From: Chromera velia
Lineage: Eukaryota
DNA: 50,563 nt
NCBI GenBank assembly: GCA_018398765.1
Contig: JAHBMJ010000322.1
Span: forward strand, 1-50,563
Direction: 5' to 3'
The notes below the pieces were generated by a model, which was not told the DNA's origin, searched no databases, and worked only from the letters and a program-made list of their open reading frames with translations. The position numbers and the translations under genes are program-made. Shown here in pieces: positions 49,977-50,563 of the stretch. How positions within the stretch are numbered: position 1 is the first letter of the stretch; every line of letters starts with the position of its first letter.

Positions 49977-50563
49977 CTGGTCATTATATGTCATTATGCA
50001 TCAGAGGTACGCGGCTTAATCCGGCAGCCATCGTGACTCAATATGGCAATTGAAAGGGTAGTCCGTGAGTAAATATAATATTAATTCACTATACGTAATT
50101 ATACATACTTTATTAACCTTTTATTAATAAACCGATTTAACTATATATTGCTACCTATATTGATGATTTAAGTGTGTCCAATCTTGTCCTAGATGACAAG
50201 TAGATGTTGACATGATTCGACTTGATAGCATGAAAAGCTATATACGGTGTAAAACTTGCCCACCAGCTTACCTATGCAACAAAATAATTTTAATTTGGAA
50301 TGGAACTTACCTGGTCTGTGACAATGAGACTGTGTAACTTGAAAAGGAACAACTTAGAGCTGTAGTGATGGAAACAACGCCAGACAGGAGCTGCACCACC
50401 ACCTATGATCCGATTGAATGTCCTTTTCCCCCCTCCTGTCTGAATCTCTCCTCGCAGTTGCTAGCCGAGCGCAGTTGTAACACCAGCTTCTGGAAGGGCG
50501 TTTGCACATCCAATCAAGCAGGAAGCTCTTCTGAAAAGAAAGTACGTAGAGATATTTTTGCTC

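Noticed and set aside
50368..50563. Open frame from an ATG at 50368 running off the window end
   Set aside because: Only about 65 codons with no recognisable motif; cannot be evaluated without downstream sequence.

Overview
Eukaryotic, intron-rich genomic DNA. It is most consistent with a photosynthetic alveolate such as Chromera; this is inferred from the GT-AG introns, CA/GA microsatellites, abundant TGCATGCA and a signal-peptide-plus-Phe plastid leader, not proven. GC-rich genes alternate with AT-rich spacers full of transposon debris. Supported genes: a 3-exon FAD-dependent monooxygenase, an F-box-like protein with a long amphipathic tail, an intronless bacterial-type LOG/TIGR00725 protein, a secreted orphan protein, the ribosome-biogenesis GTPase GNL3/Nug1, a 78-aa G/S/Y/N-rich protein, a small membrane protein and a large putatively plastid-targeted helical-repeat protein. 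Mobile DNA: a 2.2-kb non-autonomous LTR element with non-canonical CG...CG ends and an orphan ORF; a decayed Ty3/gypsy chromovirus whose 5' LTR is split by a LINE; a fold-back MITE; two nested MITEs; and an internally deleted hAT element. The two most unusual signals are the CG...CG-terminated LTR element and a CpA->TpA plus CpG->TpG mutation signature in the repeats, which resembles fungal RIP. All coordinates and counts were read by hand.
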